A DNA stretch of 50,013 nt, counting the filler, from Catajapyx aquilonaris (Eukaryota), in NCBI GenBank assembly GCA_000934665.2. It is 3 parts of 3 records of this genome, joined end to end, with 100 filler letters (N's around TTAATTAATTAA, not from the genome) between each part and the next. Parts side by side here need not be neighbours in the genome. Positions count along the whole stretch, not along the records: positions 1 to 16,535 come from KZ539651.1; positions 16,636 to 33,341 come from JYFJ02007161.1; 1 more part is not named here. One strand, 5' to 3'. The notes under the pieces are model-generated. The model made no database searches, was not told the DNA's origin, and was given only the letters and a program-made list of their open reading frames with translations. Of this stretch, positions 15,350-26,154 are shown piece by piece (position 1 is the stretch's first letter; each line of letters starts with the position of its first letter). The position numbers and the translations under genes were made by a program.

Positions 15350-15355
15350 TTTATT
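15350..15355 (-). promoter_or_regulatory. Putative polyadenylation signal (AATAAA) of the DDX43-like gene
   Basis: AATAAA on the minus strand about 90 nt downstream of the stop codon at 15448. Confidence 0.5.
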
Positions 15356-15447
15356 GTTTGGCAGGAAACATTTGCTTTTAACTTTGAAAAAAAAAATTTT
15401 TTTCAAAAAAATTAACAGAATTACACTGTCTGAAGAAGGCTACTTTG

Positions 15448-15736
15448 TCATTCCTTCTTCCACGAAAGACGAAACCCTCCTCCTCCTCCTCTGCCATAAA
15501 AGCCGGCACTTTTCTTTTGTACTTTCCTTGTAGCATATCTCTCTGCCATTAGAATGAGCTCCTTGGGAACCTCCTGATTAGCTTTCTTCAGGATATCAAT
15601 TAGCTCCTTGGCATGACTCCAGTCTTCACGGGTCACCAGTGTAATTGCTGTACCCGTGCGACCTGCACGACCTGTCCGGCCCACACGGTGGACATAATCC
15701 TCCATGTCGCGGGGTAAGTCATAGTTGAATATATGC
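15448..15736 (-). CDS. DDX43: Terminal coding exon of a DEAD-box RNA helicase, DDX43/DDX53-like
   Basis: The acceptor ...CTTCTCCTTTCCAATTCTAG|G is followed by [67 protein letters not shown]...[15 protein letters not shown]. Motif VI ([10 protein letters not shown]) is present, and 'DWxxAxELIxIL...ANQ..P.EL..MAER' matches the DDX43 subfamily. Upstream exons are not found; the contig ends at 16535. Confidence 0.9.
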
Positions 15737-16129
15737 CTAGAATTGGAAAGGAGAAGTTCAGTTGATCATCAGTGCAGGTTGCTTTGTCCCAGATCTTTTA
15801 CTGCACTCTGTATTATAAGAGGGAGGAAATAAAGGTTGTCCTGTCATATAAAATTTTATTTTGGACATCTATACTTGTCAATGACAGCAATATAATTACA
15901 AAGTAATATTCTGGGTTGGGAATCCCATAAAGGTCATGGTAGTCAAGTGACCACAACCTTTGTGGGATACAAACTCATGGAGGCATGTGGATGTCTGAAA
16001 TGGAGTGGAGCTTCCAAAATGTACTTATCCCTGGGTAATATGGTGCAAAGCAAATTACAGGTTTTCCTCATTTGCTAGTGCTTATTTAAAAGTCTTAAAT
16101 ATGTTTTTACATTATCATATATACTATTA

Positions 16130-16535
16130 CTAGCAGGTTACCCGGCGTTGCCCGGGTATGTTGGGATGCTGTTAAAGGTACGGGTATATTTTTGGAAGTT
16201 TGTTTGTTTGTAAAATTTGCGTTCCGTACACTGGAACTCGATACACCTTAAAATAAGGCCAAGTTACAATAAGCCAAAGTTTGTCACTATCTGTGATAGA
16301 TTGCCTGCTTTGGTTATAGCGTAGTCAATTCTGATTGGATGTGTAAAAAGAGGAATGGGGATGGAGTTGGTCCAGGAAAAGACTGCACAGCCATCATGTT
16401 TTTCCCCAGAATATTTGACCCCATGACCCCTCACCCCCACCTCACACCCCCACCTCGTTCCAACTGTTTGCCCTGAAGAACTTGAGAAATGTACATACAG
16501 ATGCCTGGTGGGAAATTTTGTTTTCAACACTGCGT
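16130..16535 (-). mobile_element. Non-autonomous Helitron 3' end within the DDX43 intron
   Basis: The minus strand reads ATACCCGGGCAACGCCGGGTAACCTG-CTAG|T: a GC-rich hairpin followed by the CTAG terminus before T. The 5' extent is unknown. Confidence 0.65.
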
Positions 16536-16635
16536 NNNNNNNNNNNNNNNNNNNNNNNNNNNNNNNNNNNNNNNNNNNNTTAATTAATTAANNNNNNNNN
16601 NNNNNNNNNNNNNNNNNNNNNNNNNNNNNNNNNNN
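16536..16635. other. Artificial contig-joining spacer
   Basis: Exactly 100 nt: 44 N + TTAATTAATTAA (stop codons in all six frames) + 44 N. Identical to the spacer at 33342-33441. Confidence 0.95.
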
Positions 16636-17276
16636 GAGGCAATTCTGACATGCTAAAATATAGCATATGGGTGGGGACTTTCGCCCCCTCTCATACTGGA
16701 TCTTATGCCCTCCATGCTGAAGAGTTTCCTTCCGCGAAAAAGTCATTTTGACCAAAAGGTGGACTTATGCCCTTTCCAGTCTGGGTCATTCATATATATT
16801 ATAAAGACTTTTTGATGTTGTGAACTTTAAAATACTTAGCAGGGATAATAATAATAATTTGACATTCGGAATAGGCATATTGCACTCTTTTTGAGAGCTA
16901 GATTTTCACCTCTTTTAAACTTCGCATTAGTAGCCTACTGTGCATAGCATGCGAAAATTATTATTTTCTGGTGCTCTTATTTTTTGTATCATAAGCAATA
17001 TATTTTTATTCTTGAACTCTACTTGACGATTTCGAAGCAATGAAAGAGTGGTGGTGAGACCCTTTGATTTACTGGCCTTTGCGAAAGAATTTAAATACGG
17101 TACCGTTTATATAAGGGATCCAGGGAGATATTAAAAATTGTTCACTGTGGTCTGGTTTAGATTACTGTTTCGTTCCTTCCGGTTCCGTATAGGGAGCTTA
17201 CGGGATACAATACCTGAATAGCAGGAAACCCTCTCGCGGTTCATGAGGGTTCCCCCGGCCATACTACAGAACAATT

Positions 17277-18294
17277 GAATCGGTGATTTTGAAAAGGGCA
17301 ATATTCAATTTATTTTGTCAAAATGAACTGCTGATGCAGAAGTATCATATGCTTGGGAATGCATCGAATGAGATTGTAAATGGCATCATTCCATGCACCG
17401 GTCATGGTGAACTGATACCACTGAGTTTGAAAAGGACAATATTCCGTGCCTACTCTCATCCTCCTATAAGATTCGTAAGGTGCAACTGCCACCTGAAATG
17501 CCAAGTACCACAGCCTATGAAGGGGGGGGGGGGTTGCCAATCAAGTCTCAAATGCTAGAAGACATATCCAAGGTGATGAAGTATGTAGATTCAAACTACG
17601 TCACCTTTTATGATGATATCATGACTTGGCAGACTGAGGAGAAAGAAAGTGACTCTGAAAAAGAGGACTGATAACACTGTGATCATCTCATGTTTGTACG
17701 AGTACGTTTCAAATCAATTATTTATTTTTATTTATTTATTTTATTTTATTGTACCCCGTGATGACCCTTACGGGTTCTATAGGGGGTGTGGTACACCACC
17801 ATTTTTCCTCAATTTTCTAAGTTAACTTCACTCTGGTGCAGGGAAACAAGAACATTGGGTAAGGATTTGGATTTTTGGGGGGAGGGAACATGGGTGCAAG
17901 GTGCAATGTCGTAGCTAATGGGTCATGGGCTGTTCCCCAGGAGGTGAGGTTGCCAGACACCTCCTTGGTGCAGGTCAGAGACCCTCCTGACGCAGGTGAA
18001 AGGTAACTCCCAGGCGGAAATCAAATAATATGTACACAATACAACTCCTTTACATATGCATTGTACAGTGATTTTGAAAAGGGCATTATTCAAGCAATTT
18101 GAATTCCATATTGAAACTATGTGAATCGATGGGTGGGTAACAGGTGAGTGTGGTTTAATACACTGTGATTTTCAGAACGAAACTGCTATTTCACATTTTT
18201 GATAGAGAGCACCATTTAAATAATATATTAAGTTTTTCCTGTGTCCTGAAAAAAAGGGTTCGTGGAATCTTGCCCTTTTCAAAATCACCAATTC
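17277..18294 (+). mobile_element. Internally deleted DNA transposon, Sola1-like
   Basis: TIRs GAATCGGTGATTTTGAAAAGGGCA / TGCCCTTTTCAAAATCACCAATTC (1 mismatch) are flanked by AATT on both sides (17273-17276, 18295-18298). The internal peptide YEGGGGLPIKSQMLEDISKVMKYVDSNYVTFYDDI resembles the Sola1 transposase C-terminus (LPI...K..DL..L......FY). Confidence 0.7.
17718..18016 (-). mobile_element. SINE family C, 5'-truncated copy nested in the Sola-like element
   Basis: Colinear with 21387-21735 and 25847-26857 (CTGTTCCCCAGGAGGT.AGGTTGCCAGACACCTCCTTGGTGCAGGTCAGAGACCCTCC). Flanked by AAATCAA direct repeats. Confidence 0.85.
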
Positions 18295-19089
18295 AATTTG
18301 ATTGTTACGTACTATTTGTCAAAAAAAGTTTCGGCAACATCTGCGGAAAAACACACTATGCTGATGTAACTTTTGTGCAGGTATAATACGCTATTTGCAG
18401 AAGGCATTAAAATTTTGCAAAATCACAAACACTCGGTATGTGTCAGATAATAATAATTCAAGGGGGTAACCACTTCGGTACTCCGGTGTACACCTGCGAG
18501 TGGTACTCCCAGGCAGGAACTTTTTATGTACTCTACTCTTTGGTACTCCTTAGTATACTTCTTGAATTTGGTAGTCCACTGTACACTTTATCGTCGACTG
18601 GTTAACCGCTTGTAATATATTGCTAGCTTTCATAAAATGTTTCCTTATGAAAGAAGTTAAGAGATTTTTCTTACTAACCTTTCGACGTGCAGCATTTTTC
18701 TGATTCTGGGACCTGCTTCAGCTTCCATTCAGAAACACTCAAATATATCCTGTTGGGTGCAATTCCGCCTTTGTCCTGTTCATTCTCCGCATCGGCTCCG
18801 AGCCTGGACCCGTTTCGACAGCCATTATTTTTCAAAGGCAGACGCTCGCCTGCTTCGCCAATGTTACAGAAAAGATTCGCCTTTTCCCCTGAATACCATT
18901 GTACTCTTCCATGCCATGGTCAACAACAGTTAGAGCTGCACATATCACGCTTGACCATTTGTCATCCAAGACTTAAATATTACATTATCATTATCTTCCC
19001 ATTGCATTGACATCGTTCTCTCTTTTTTACGGGAACTATTTACGAGTGCTTTAGCCACTTGGATGCTTTACATATCACTTTCCTCTAAA

Positions 19090-19328
19090 TGGTGGTGTAG
19101 TGGTTATTTCCACAGCCTTCCACCTTTGAGGTCCCGAGTTCGATTCCCAGATCGGACAGAGGATACTTATGTGGATAGTGTTTCGATGGCTTCTCTCCGT
19201 GTTCGCGTGGGTTTTCTCGGGATTCTCCCGTTTCCTCCCACAATCAAGACCCATCGCAGCATAGGCAAATGATTAAAGTCGGTTAAATAAAAGATGGTCC
19301 CCTAAAAGGAGGCTTATCACGGAGTATC

Positions 19329-19381
<53 letters not shown>

Positions 19382-19397
19382 GGCCTATTATTATTAT
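19090..19397 (+). mobile_element. tRNA-derived SINE family B with a V/Meta-like central domain and (ATT)n tail
   Basis: A-box (TGGTGTAGTGG) and B-box (GAGTTCGATTCC), core TGTGG...TTCTCTCCGTGTTCGCGTGGGTTTTCTCGGGATTCTCCCGTTTCCTCCCACA, and an (ATT)n tail. A second copy lies at 23149-23348. Confidence 0.85.
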
Positions 19398-19536
19398 ATT
19401 ACTTTCCTCTAGATGACTACATAATTAAGCACAATTATTGACAATTTGCGACAAAATTTTTGACAACTGATATTACTGTAGGCCATAGTGGAACAAAATA
19501 CATGTCAAGTCAGTAACGGTAAAAATCTCGCGGACA

Positions 19537-19815
19537 TTTTTTTTTACCCCGTGATGGAGCCAGTGGCTCTCTTAGGGGGGAAGGGGGTGGTTCCCTAGTG
19601 GGCTCTGAAATTTTTTAGTCATTTCTGACTTATGAAAATACACCAGGCCTTTTCTACTGGCCCCGGGCAGATAGGGAGTGCAATTCTGCCCCGGCATGTC
19701 GGGTGAAAAGCGGAAAAAGACCCGGCCAAGCGGAGGTGACGGGGACGGGATTTGAACCCCGGCCTCCCGCTTGGCTGGCCAAAGGCGTCACCGTTAGACC
19801 ACCATGCCGCCCCTT
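19537..19815 (-). mobile_element. tRNA-derived SINE family D, copy 1
   Basis: On the minus strand: GGCATGGTGGTCTAACGG (A box), GGGTTCAAATCCC (B box), a body TTTTCACCCGACATG.CGGG.CAGAATTGCACTCCC shared with 24193-24538, and an A tail. Confidence 0.85.
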
Positions 19816-19894
19816 CTCGCGGACATAATAAATTATACACTTACACTTTCCACTCCGTCCTGAGTCAGATTTATACTATTGAGGCGCTAAGAGG

Positions 19895-20250
19895 AAAAAA
19901 TAGGCAGTAAAACTGCCGAAAACTATTCTTCCTCTGGGTGAGATTAAAAGTAAGAAACAAGTCCATAGGTGGGGGTTGGTTCGTGTCATGGGGATGTGTG
20001 GTAATTAAATTTAATTCAAAACATTCGTGCTTTGGGGCTGGGATGAATTAGGCAGATATCGCTTTTATGTACTCCTCCGACTCTCATACTCTGCCTAATT
20101 CTTCCCAGCCCCAAAGCACGAATGTTTTGAATTAAATTTGATTATCACACATCCCCATGACACGAACCAACCCCCACCTATGGACTTGTTTCTTACTTTT
20201 AATCTCACCCAGAGGAAGAATAGGTTTCGGCAGTTTTACTGCCTATTTTT
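19895..20250. repeat. Long inverted repeat (arms about 160 bp, spacer about 33 nt)
   Basis: AAAAATAGGCAGTAAAACTGCCGAAA...GAATTAGGCAGA is mirrored by TCTGCCTAATTC...TTTCGGCAGTTTTACTGCCTATTTTT with few mismatches. Confidence 0.95.
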
Positions 20251-20436
20251 ATTTAATTCTTTTCATCATAATAATAAATTCAATATTCTGGGCGAAATGA
20301 ACGACACTTCCCCTGATCCCGAAGTGACCTCTGCCCTTGTTCAAATGGAATATCTTGAGGAACGGCTTGACACGACTGATGCTGAGTCTCACTTCGACCG
20401 CGGACAGCTGAGAGGCATTGAGCAAACAAATGGGGA

Positions 20437-20438
<2 letters not shown>

Positions 20439-20503
<65 letters not shown>
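20439..20503. repeat. (ATT)n microsatellite
   Basis: Uninterrupted ATT run; it produces the poly-I and poly-N ORFs in the track. Confidence 0.95.
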
Positions 20504-20505
<2 letters not shown>

Positions 20506-21386
20506 GAGCCTCTCTGCATCGACTCTCAGACGAGTACATGGGTCTTGATGGGTTTCTCTGTGGTACAGAAAGAGAGCGAGAGCCACAAAATTGACACTAT
20601 CGAAATCGCCTCGTAACTCAAAAAGTAAAGGCTTTTTTCAAAAAACGGTAGGCAGAAGGGCACCTCCTGGGAACATTGCGGTTCTAATGACACATGGTAT
20701 GACACTCTACGACGCACCGTTTAGGCTGTACTCTTGTCGACGTAACGACACTTTGACTCCCGCTAGTGACCCCGGTAATGGCCCTAGTTGTTGTTTATCT
20801 ATCTAAACTTGGTAACTGGAGTGAGCGCAGTGTAAATCTAGTTTCGGATATGAAATCGATTAACCCGATCGTGAGTTATGAAGTCGGAAAATTAACATTG
20901 GGAGCGTAGCGATTCCCCACTATTCCTTTTTCGCGGGCCCTGCATGGATGGAGGAAGAATATAAAAACGGCATATCCCAACCGACCTCCGATTTTGAGAT
21001 TGTAGTGCTTTTGTACTCTCCTGCCATCTACCTTTCATGTGCTGAAGTCCCAAATGAATTGGACATGTCAAAGCTCACATATTCCACTTGTAAAATTGGT
21101 CCGCAATGAAAAATCCTATTCTCTTGCAACACAAAAAGCCGTTAATCTCAAAATGAACTCCTGTTGGGATATGCCGTTTTTCCTCTGAGCGCCTCAATTG
21201 TTTTTAATGATTAAGACAAACTTCTAGGGTCAATTCCTAGGTACCATTATTATGTAGGGGTGTTGCTTGGTCCTTGCAGCCTTACAGCCTAGTTACCGAG
21301 ACAATGGGTTATTTTTCATGACTGTGATGTAACTAGCTGCTTATACGAGGGCGTTCCAAAATGATTTACAATTATTATTATTATTA

Positions 21387-21735
21387 TTTTCTTTTTTTTT
21401 ACGTTACCCCGTGCTAGGGCCATGGGTCCTTATAGAGGGGTGGGATATCACCATTTTCTTCAATTTTCTATTTTTTCTTCTTCACTCCGGTGCAAGGATG
21501 AAAGGACATGGGGAAGGGATAGGGGATTTTTGGGGAGGGAACATGGGTGCAAGGTGCACGTCTGAAAACGGGTCATGTGCTGTTCCCCAGGAGGTTAGGT
21601 TGCCAGACACCTCCTTGGTGCAGGTCAGAGACCCTCCCGACGCATGTGAAAGGAAAGTTCCCCAGGCGGGGATCGAACCTGGGGCCTTTCACACAGCAAG
21701 CCGTGACGTTACCATCACGGCCACCACACCTCCCC
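21387..21735 (-). mobile_element. tRNA-derived SINE family C, full-length copy
   Basis: Minus-strand head GGGGAGGTGTGGTGGCCGTGATGGTAACG...CCCAGGTTCGATCCCCG, an A-rich tail, and (ATT)n on both flanks. Confidence 0.88.
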
Positions 21736-21898
21736 ATTATTATTATTATTTGCCACAGACACAACGCCCATGCAGGTCGGAAAATAGGCACACATTCCCC
21801 TTATAATAATAGCCTTATTTTTTCGCCTCCGGAACGCTCCTGGCAGGGTCCCCTACACGGCTGTAGAAGACTCAGGTTAGGTCACTCCCCACCCACCC

Positions 21899-22189
21899 CC
21901 TGCCAAAGGATTACGCACCGGGCGCTCCCTTGACACCGCCACGAGACATTTCCCAGAGCAATCATGTGGCGACCCTACCGGACTAAGGCTGAACTTTATA
22001 GGTACGAAAGGGGGGGCTACATTGGGGGGCCCAACATGGCCGCTGGCGGCCATGTTGGGCCAGCATGTAGCCCTCCCCTTTCGTACCTGTAAAGTTCAGC
22101 CCTAGTCCGGTAGGGTCGCCACATGATTGCTCTGGGAAATGTCTCGTGGCGGTGTCAAGGGAGCACCCGGTGCGTAATCCCTCGGCAGG
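21899..22189. repeat. Near-perfect palindrome (about 290 bp)
   Basis: CCTGCC...GCACCGGGCGCTCCCTTGACACCGCCACGAGACATTTCCCAGAGCAATCATGTGGCGACCCTACCGGACTA... is mirrored around the centre GGCCGC-TG-GCGGCC. Confidence 0.95.
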
Positions 22190-22409
22190 TGATAAGCCCA
22201 GAAGATAGGGGTAAGAAGTGTCCGTGGGCTGGTCCCCTACATGGGTGCCTCCCACGCCCTGCCCTAGACGGCACATATGGAGGTTACCCTGGCTCCTGAA
22301 GGTCAGAAGGGCCCATGGTGAGTGCTGCGCCACCTTTTGGTCGCAGAGGAAAGAGAGACGGGCCCCTATGAGTGCTGCCACCTTTTGGTCACGGCACTAT
22401 AATTAATCA

Positions 22410-22590
22410 GGCCTGGGGAAGGAGTTACTTTAGCGGGGTCTTAACGTCGGGCTATTTCTGCCGCTATGCTCAACCATGGCCATGGCTCAACACCGACGCC
22501 AGGGGGTGGTCCTCCTCCTGGAAATTTTGCCACTCTGGGGATCTTTAACATGCACTCGCGCAATGTCACAAGCCGACGGCTTTACTTCTA
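22410..22590 (-). mobile_element. SINE fragment with a Nin/Deu-domain-like motif
   Basis: Minus-strand GTGCATGTTAAAGATCCCCAGAGTGG (about 22530-22555) resembles the Nin-domain hallmark GTGCACGTTAAAGA.CCC as recalled. No tRNA head is seen. Confidence 0.45.
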
Positions 22591-23148
22591 TGGAGTGGCT
22601 GGGGTCGCCTGCCTTACCGCCAATTTCCTTTCCCGCCAAAACTATCCTGAGTGCCAATTCCCTTTACCGCCAGCCCTTTACTGCCACTTTCCCTTCCCCC
22701 CAAAAGTCCTAACCGCCACCTATTTCCTTTCCCGCCAATACAGGTCTGCCAACTGATTCAATCTGAGCCTCAGAATATTCAGAAAGCTGTCATATAAGCT
22801 GATACTTGCAGCCCCACTTTCTAACTATGCCGCCATCTTGGATCTGGCAACTTATTATGATTTTCAGCGGATAGCTTAGAGTAAACCCTTGCGACTTATT
22901 TGACGGCGTCGCATGAACCTCCCGGAGCAAGAAAACAAGATATCAGAAGTGGGATCACAGGGGTTCCGATGTTGGCAAAGCCACAATAACGTTCATTGGC
23001 CTCCGGCGCCACAAGACGTACATACTGTAAATAATGTTGCGGATACGAAACCCACAATAATCGCCCAGCTCCGCTTCCGCTCCGCATTACCTAAAAATAT
23101 CCTGCAGGGCAACGAACCCTGCCTGGCGGGGCCACAATAGATGACAGT

Positions 23149-23348
23149 GGAGATAATGGATACCCCGTGATAAGCTTCCTTGGGCTTTTTAGGGGATCAT
23201 CTTTTAATTGACCGAGAAACCCCACGCGAACACGGAGAGAACCCATCGAAACTCTATCCACATAAGCATACTCTGTCCGATCCGGGATCTAACTCGGGAC
23301 CTTAGAGGTGGAAGGCTGCGGCGCTAACCACTCCACCACCGTGTCGCC
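23149..23348 (-). mobile_element. SINE family B, copy 2 (internally deleted)
   Basis: Colinear with 19090-19397. Flanked by a 14-bp TSD CAA(T/C)AGATGACAGT at 23135-23148 and 23349-23362. Confidence 0.88.
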
Positions 23349-23535
23349 CAACAGATGACAGTATTGTTGCGGTACCATAAAGCCATACAGCATCACCTAC
23401 ACAAAGGGCAACTCCATCCGTCATGTTGCCACGTCATTCAAATATGACCATATCAGCTATTATCAGCTATTATTATTAGCCTTAATCATAGCCTGCTGGA
23501 TCCGGATCCAAAAGTCTTATGTTCATTGACAAAAT

Positions 23536-23985
23536 GTGACCGAAGCCTATGCCATGACGATCAACAACTCGCACGGCCAGATCAGCACGTCAGCATTTTC
23601 CTGGATGAACCTGTCTTCTCACAATCATGACCAGCTGCATGTGGCACTGTCCCGGTCTTGCAACCCAAGTCAGGTCAAAGTGTTCACTACACCTACACTG
23701 CTCAACACGGAACATTGCTCTCCAACAACAGAGTGTTTACACACAATGTTGTATATCGCGAGGTTTTATGAAAACTTTTCTCATGTCCAATTCAGGAAGT
23801 GTAGGCTACAGTATGTCCATTGATTCCATGCCACTAAGTTTTTCAACCCCGTCTTACGACCAGCTATACGCTATTTCTTAGTTGTCACTCCGCGAACCCT
23901 CTCATTCAATTTTTTCATTACCATTGTCTTCCTCATTGCAGGCTTTGCCAAATTTTGCAAGAAATTTTGGCTACGGGTACGCTAG
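23536..23985 (+). mobile_element. Helitron 3' remnant (Pif1-like helicase C-terminus and 3' terminus)
   Basis: Peptides YAMTINNSHGQ...HDQLHVALSR match Helitron helicase motifs V and VI (FAMTINKSQGQ, HGQLYVALSR). A frameshifted NVVYREVL* lies at 23745-23771. The end has a hairpin GCCAAATTTTGCAAGAAATTTTGGC and CTAG|T at 23982-23985. Confidence 0.85.
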
Positions 23986-23995
23986 TTATAGATAG

Positions 23996-24725
23996 AATCC
24001 TCCTGGAGCCGAAGGCACTGGCACAGGCACTGGGCAACCTCTCCAGGCTTTCCAGGGACCACTTTTTGGTGATGCGGCGCCCCGACTCCCGGACAACTCT
24101 TCACAGTCAACAATGTCCTTGAAATGTCATCGGCGATGGGACTTTTTAAATACAGTATATTCGAACAGTGAACAGATGAGAGTCACTGGAGGTGGGGGGC
24201 ACAGGGGGGCATGGTGGTCTAATGGCTAATATACTGATCAGCAAAGCGGGAGGTCCGGGGTTCCCGTCCGCGTCATGCAGTTACCGGCAGTCACCCTCGC
24301 TTGTGGGGGGGGGGGGGGGGNNGGGTCTTTTTCTGCTTTTCACCCGACATGTCCGGGCAGAATTGCACTCCCTTCTCTGCCAAGGGCCAAGAGAAAAGGT
24401 CTGGTATATTTAAGATGGTCAGAACGCCCTCCCTTGGGCACCTCTCCCCCCCCCTACGAGGGCCCCTGGCCCTATCACGGGGTATTACAAACAAACAAAC
24501 AAACAAACACACAAACAAACAAACAAACAAACAAACAAAGTCACTGGAGGCCAGGCCAGGGGAGTATACAGTGTGTGTGGAAGCACTCAAAGCAAGATCC
24601 ATAAAAAAGTCCCTTCGCCGACGCCATTTTAAGGACATTGTTGATATTTGCTGACTGAGAAGTTGTCCGGTAGTAGGTGCGTCGCACCTCCAAAAAGTGG
24701 TGTCTGGGGGGCCAGGAGAGGATGC
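23996..24725. mobile_element. Inverted-repeat (foldback/MITE-like) element interrupted by a SINE
   Basis: CCACTTTTTGG...GGACAACT...TCAACAATGTCCTT...TCGGCGA.GGGACTTTTT (about 24058-24147) is mirrored by AAAAAGTCCCTTCGCCGA...AAGGACATTGTTGA...AGTTGTCCGG...CCAAAAAGTGG (about 24603-24700). Confidence 0.6.
24193..24538 (+). mobile_element. SINE family D, copy 2, with (AAAC)n tail
   Basis: 12-bp TSD AGTCACTGGAGG at 24181-24192 and 24539-24550. Body shared with 19537-19815. Confidence 0.9.
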
Positions 24726-26154
24726 CACACCCATTATTACTGTGCATTCGGCTCTAGGAGGGTTCTGTCGATAGTGTGTGCCTATTTGCCGACCTGCATG
24801 AGCCCTGCATTTTCGGCAAAAAAATAAATTGTAAATCCTTTTGGTACTGCTCTCGTAATTTCTGCACCATTATGACCGCTACTTAATTCCACATTGTCGT
24901 GCATAGTTTGATAAAAACATATTTATTTATGTATTTATTTATTTAAGGTTATAATATTATAGAGACAGTTTGGTACAGACATAAAGTTAAATCCACGCAG
25001 AGCGGTTCCTGCGTATGGGGGATGTCTCACATGGAGAGTTTGGTCCCGGTCGTATACTGTATAGCTGTAGAAAATGTTACGCTCAAAAGGATAGCATTTT
25101 AGGTGCCTCAATAAGAAAACCCCTGTCGATAGCGGGATTAATATTGCATTTAGGTCGTTTTGCAAACTCAATGAACCGCAAGAGGGGGAAGAAATGGGCG
25201 GTTGCTCGAGCGGACGTTAAAAATGACCCTGACAGGTGAAAAGGTGGCGTATTCCACAAATTAGGAGATAGTAAAGTGTACCTCTCTTGGGTTGGTGTAG
25301 AATGGAGGGTCCTGCCTGTATGAGGGAGCTACAATTATTGAGGTATATTATAGGATGCTATCAATCTTTCGACTTTACTTGAGGAGGGCACAAAGGCTAC
25401 GCGGGCTCTCCATCATTATTTTCCACCTGCCACTGGCTAGATGTGCACGGCACTATACAGCTGGTTTGTTTCATGTATGAGGCGACTTTTTAACAATGTG
25501 TGAGGTGTAAATACCCGTCATATGCAGGACCTACGGAATAGGATTTCAACGGTATCTCCAGATATGACTGAGCGGGTTTGACACGACACCGATTACGTTT
25601 TTTTTAAATCTGCCCAGCGACACACGAAACTCATATCAAACAAACTATAAGGTGAGACCAAAACCTCTGACCTTTCTTAGTATTTCAAAACTTAAATCGT
25701 TAAGATATGTCCGCAAGTTTTCGAGTTATAAGGTTTAAAAAAATAATATGACATTGTTTTCCTATGACCATGTATTTGGAGGATATCGTGATTCTTTTAC
25801 GTATTAAGGGTTCACTGTATCAGTAGACTATACATAGCTCATTGCTCGGGGAGATGTGGTGACCGAGATGGTAACGTCTCGGCTTGCTGAGTGAAAGGTC
25901 CCAGGTTTGATCCCCGCCTGGGAACTCCCTTTCACCTGCGTCAGGAGGGTCTTTGACCCGTACCTTGGAGGTGTCTGGCAACCTAGCCTCCTGGGGGACT
26001 GCACATAGCCCACACATAATGACAACGCACTTGCACCCGTGTCCCCTCCCCGAAAATCCCTATCCTTACCTAATGTCCATGATTCCCTGCACCTGTGTTC
26101 GAAGAGAAAAATGGAAAATAATACAGAAAATATGGTGGTGTTCCACCCCCTTAA

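Larger units (their letters stand above)
19881..21195. mobile_element. Non-autonomous TIR DNA element with GAG termini (Sola-like), containing a long palindrome
   Basis: TIRs GAGGCGCTAAGAGGAAAAA / TTTTTCCTCTGAGCGCCTC; flanks TATT and AATT form an imperfect 4-bp TSD. Internal inverted AAAAACGGCATATCCCAAC / GTTGGGATATGCCGTTTTT. Confidence 0.55.

Noticed and set aside
20138..20586. ORFs with poly-Ile or poly-Asn
   Set aside because: They are translations of the (ATT)n microsatellite and palindrome arms.
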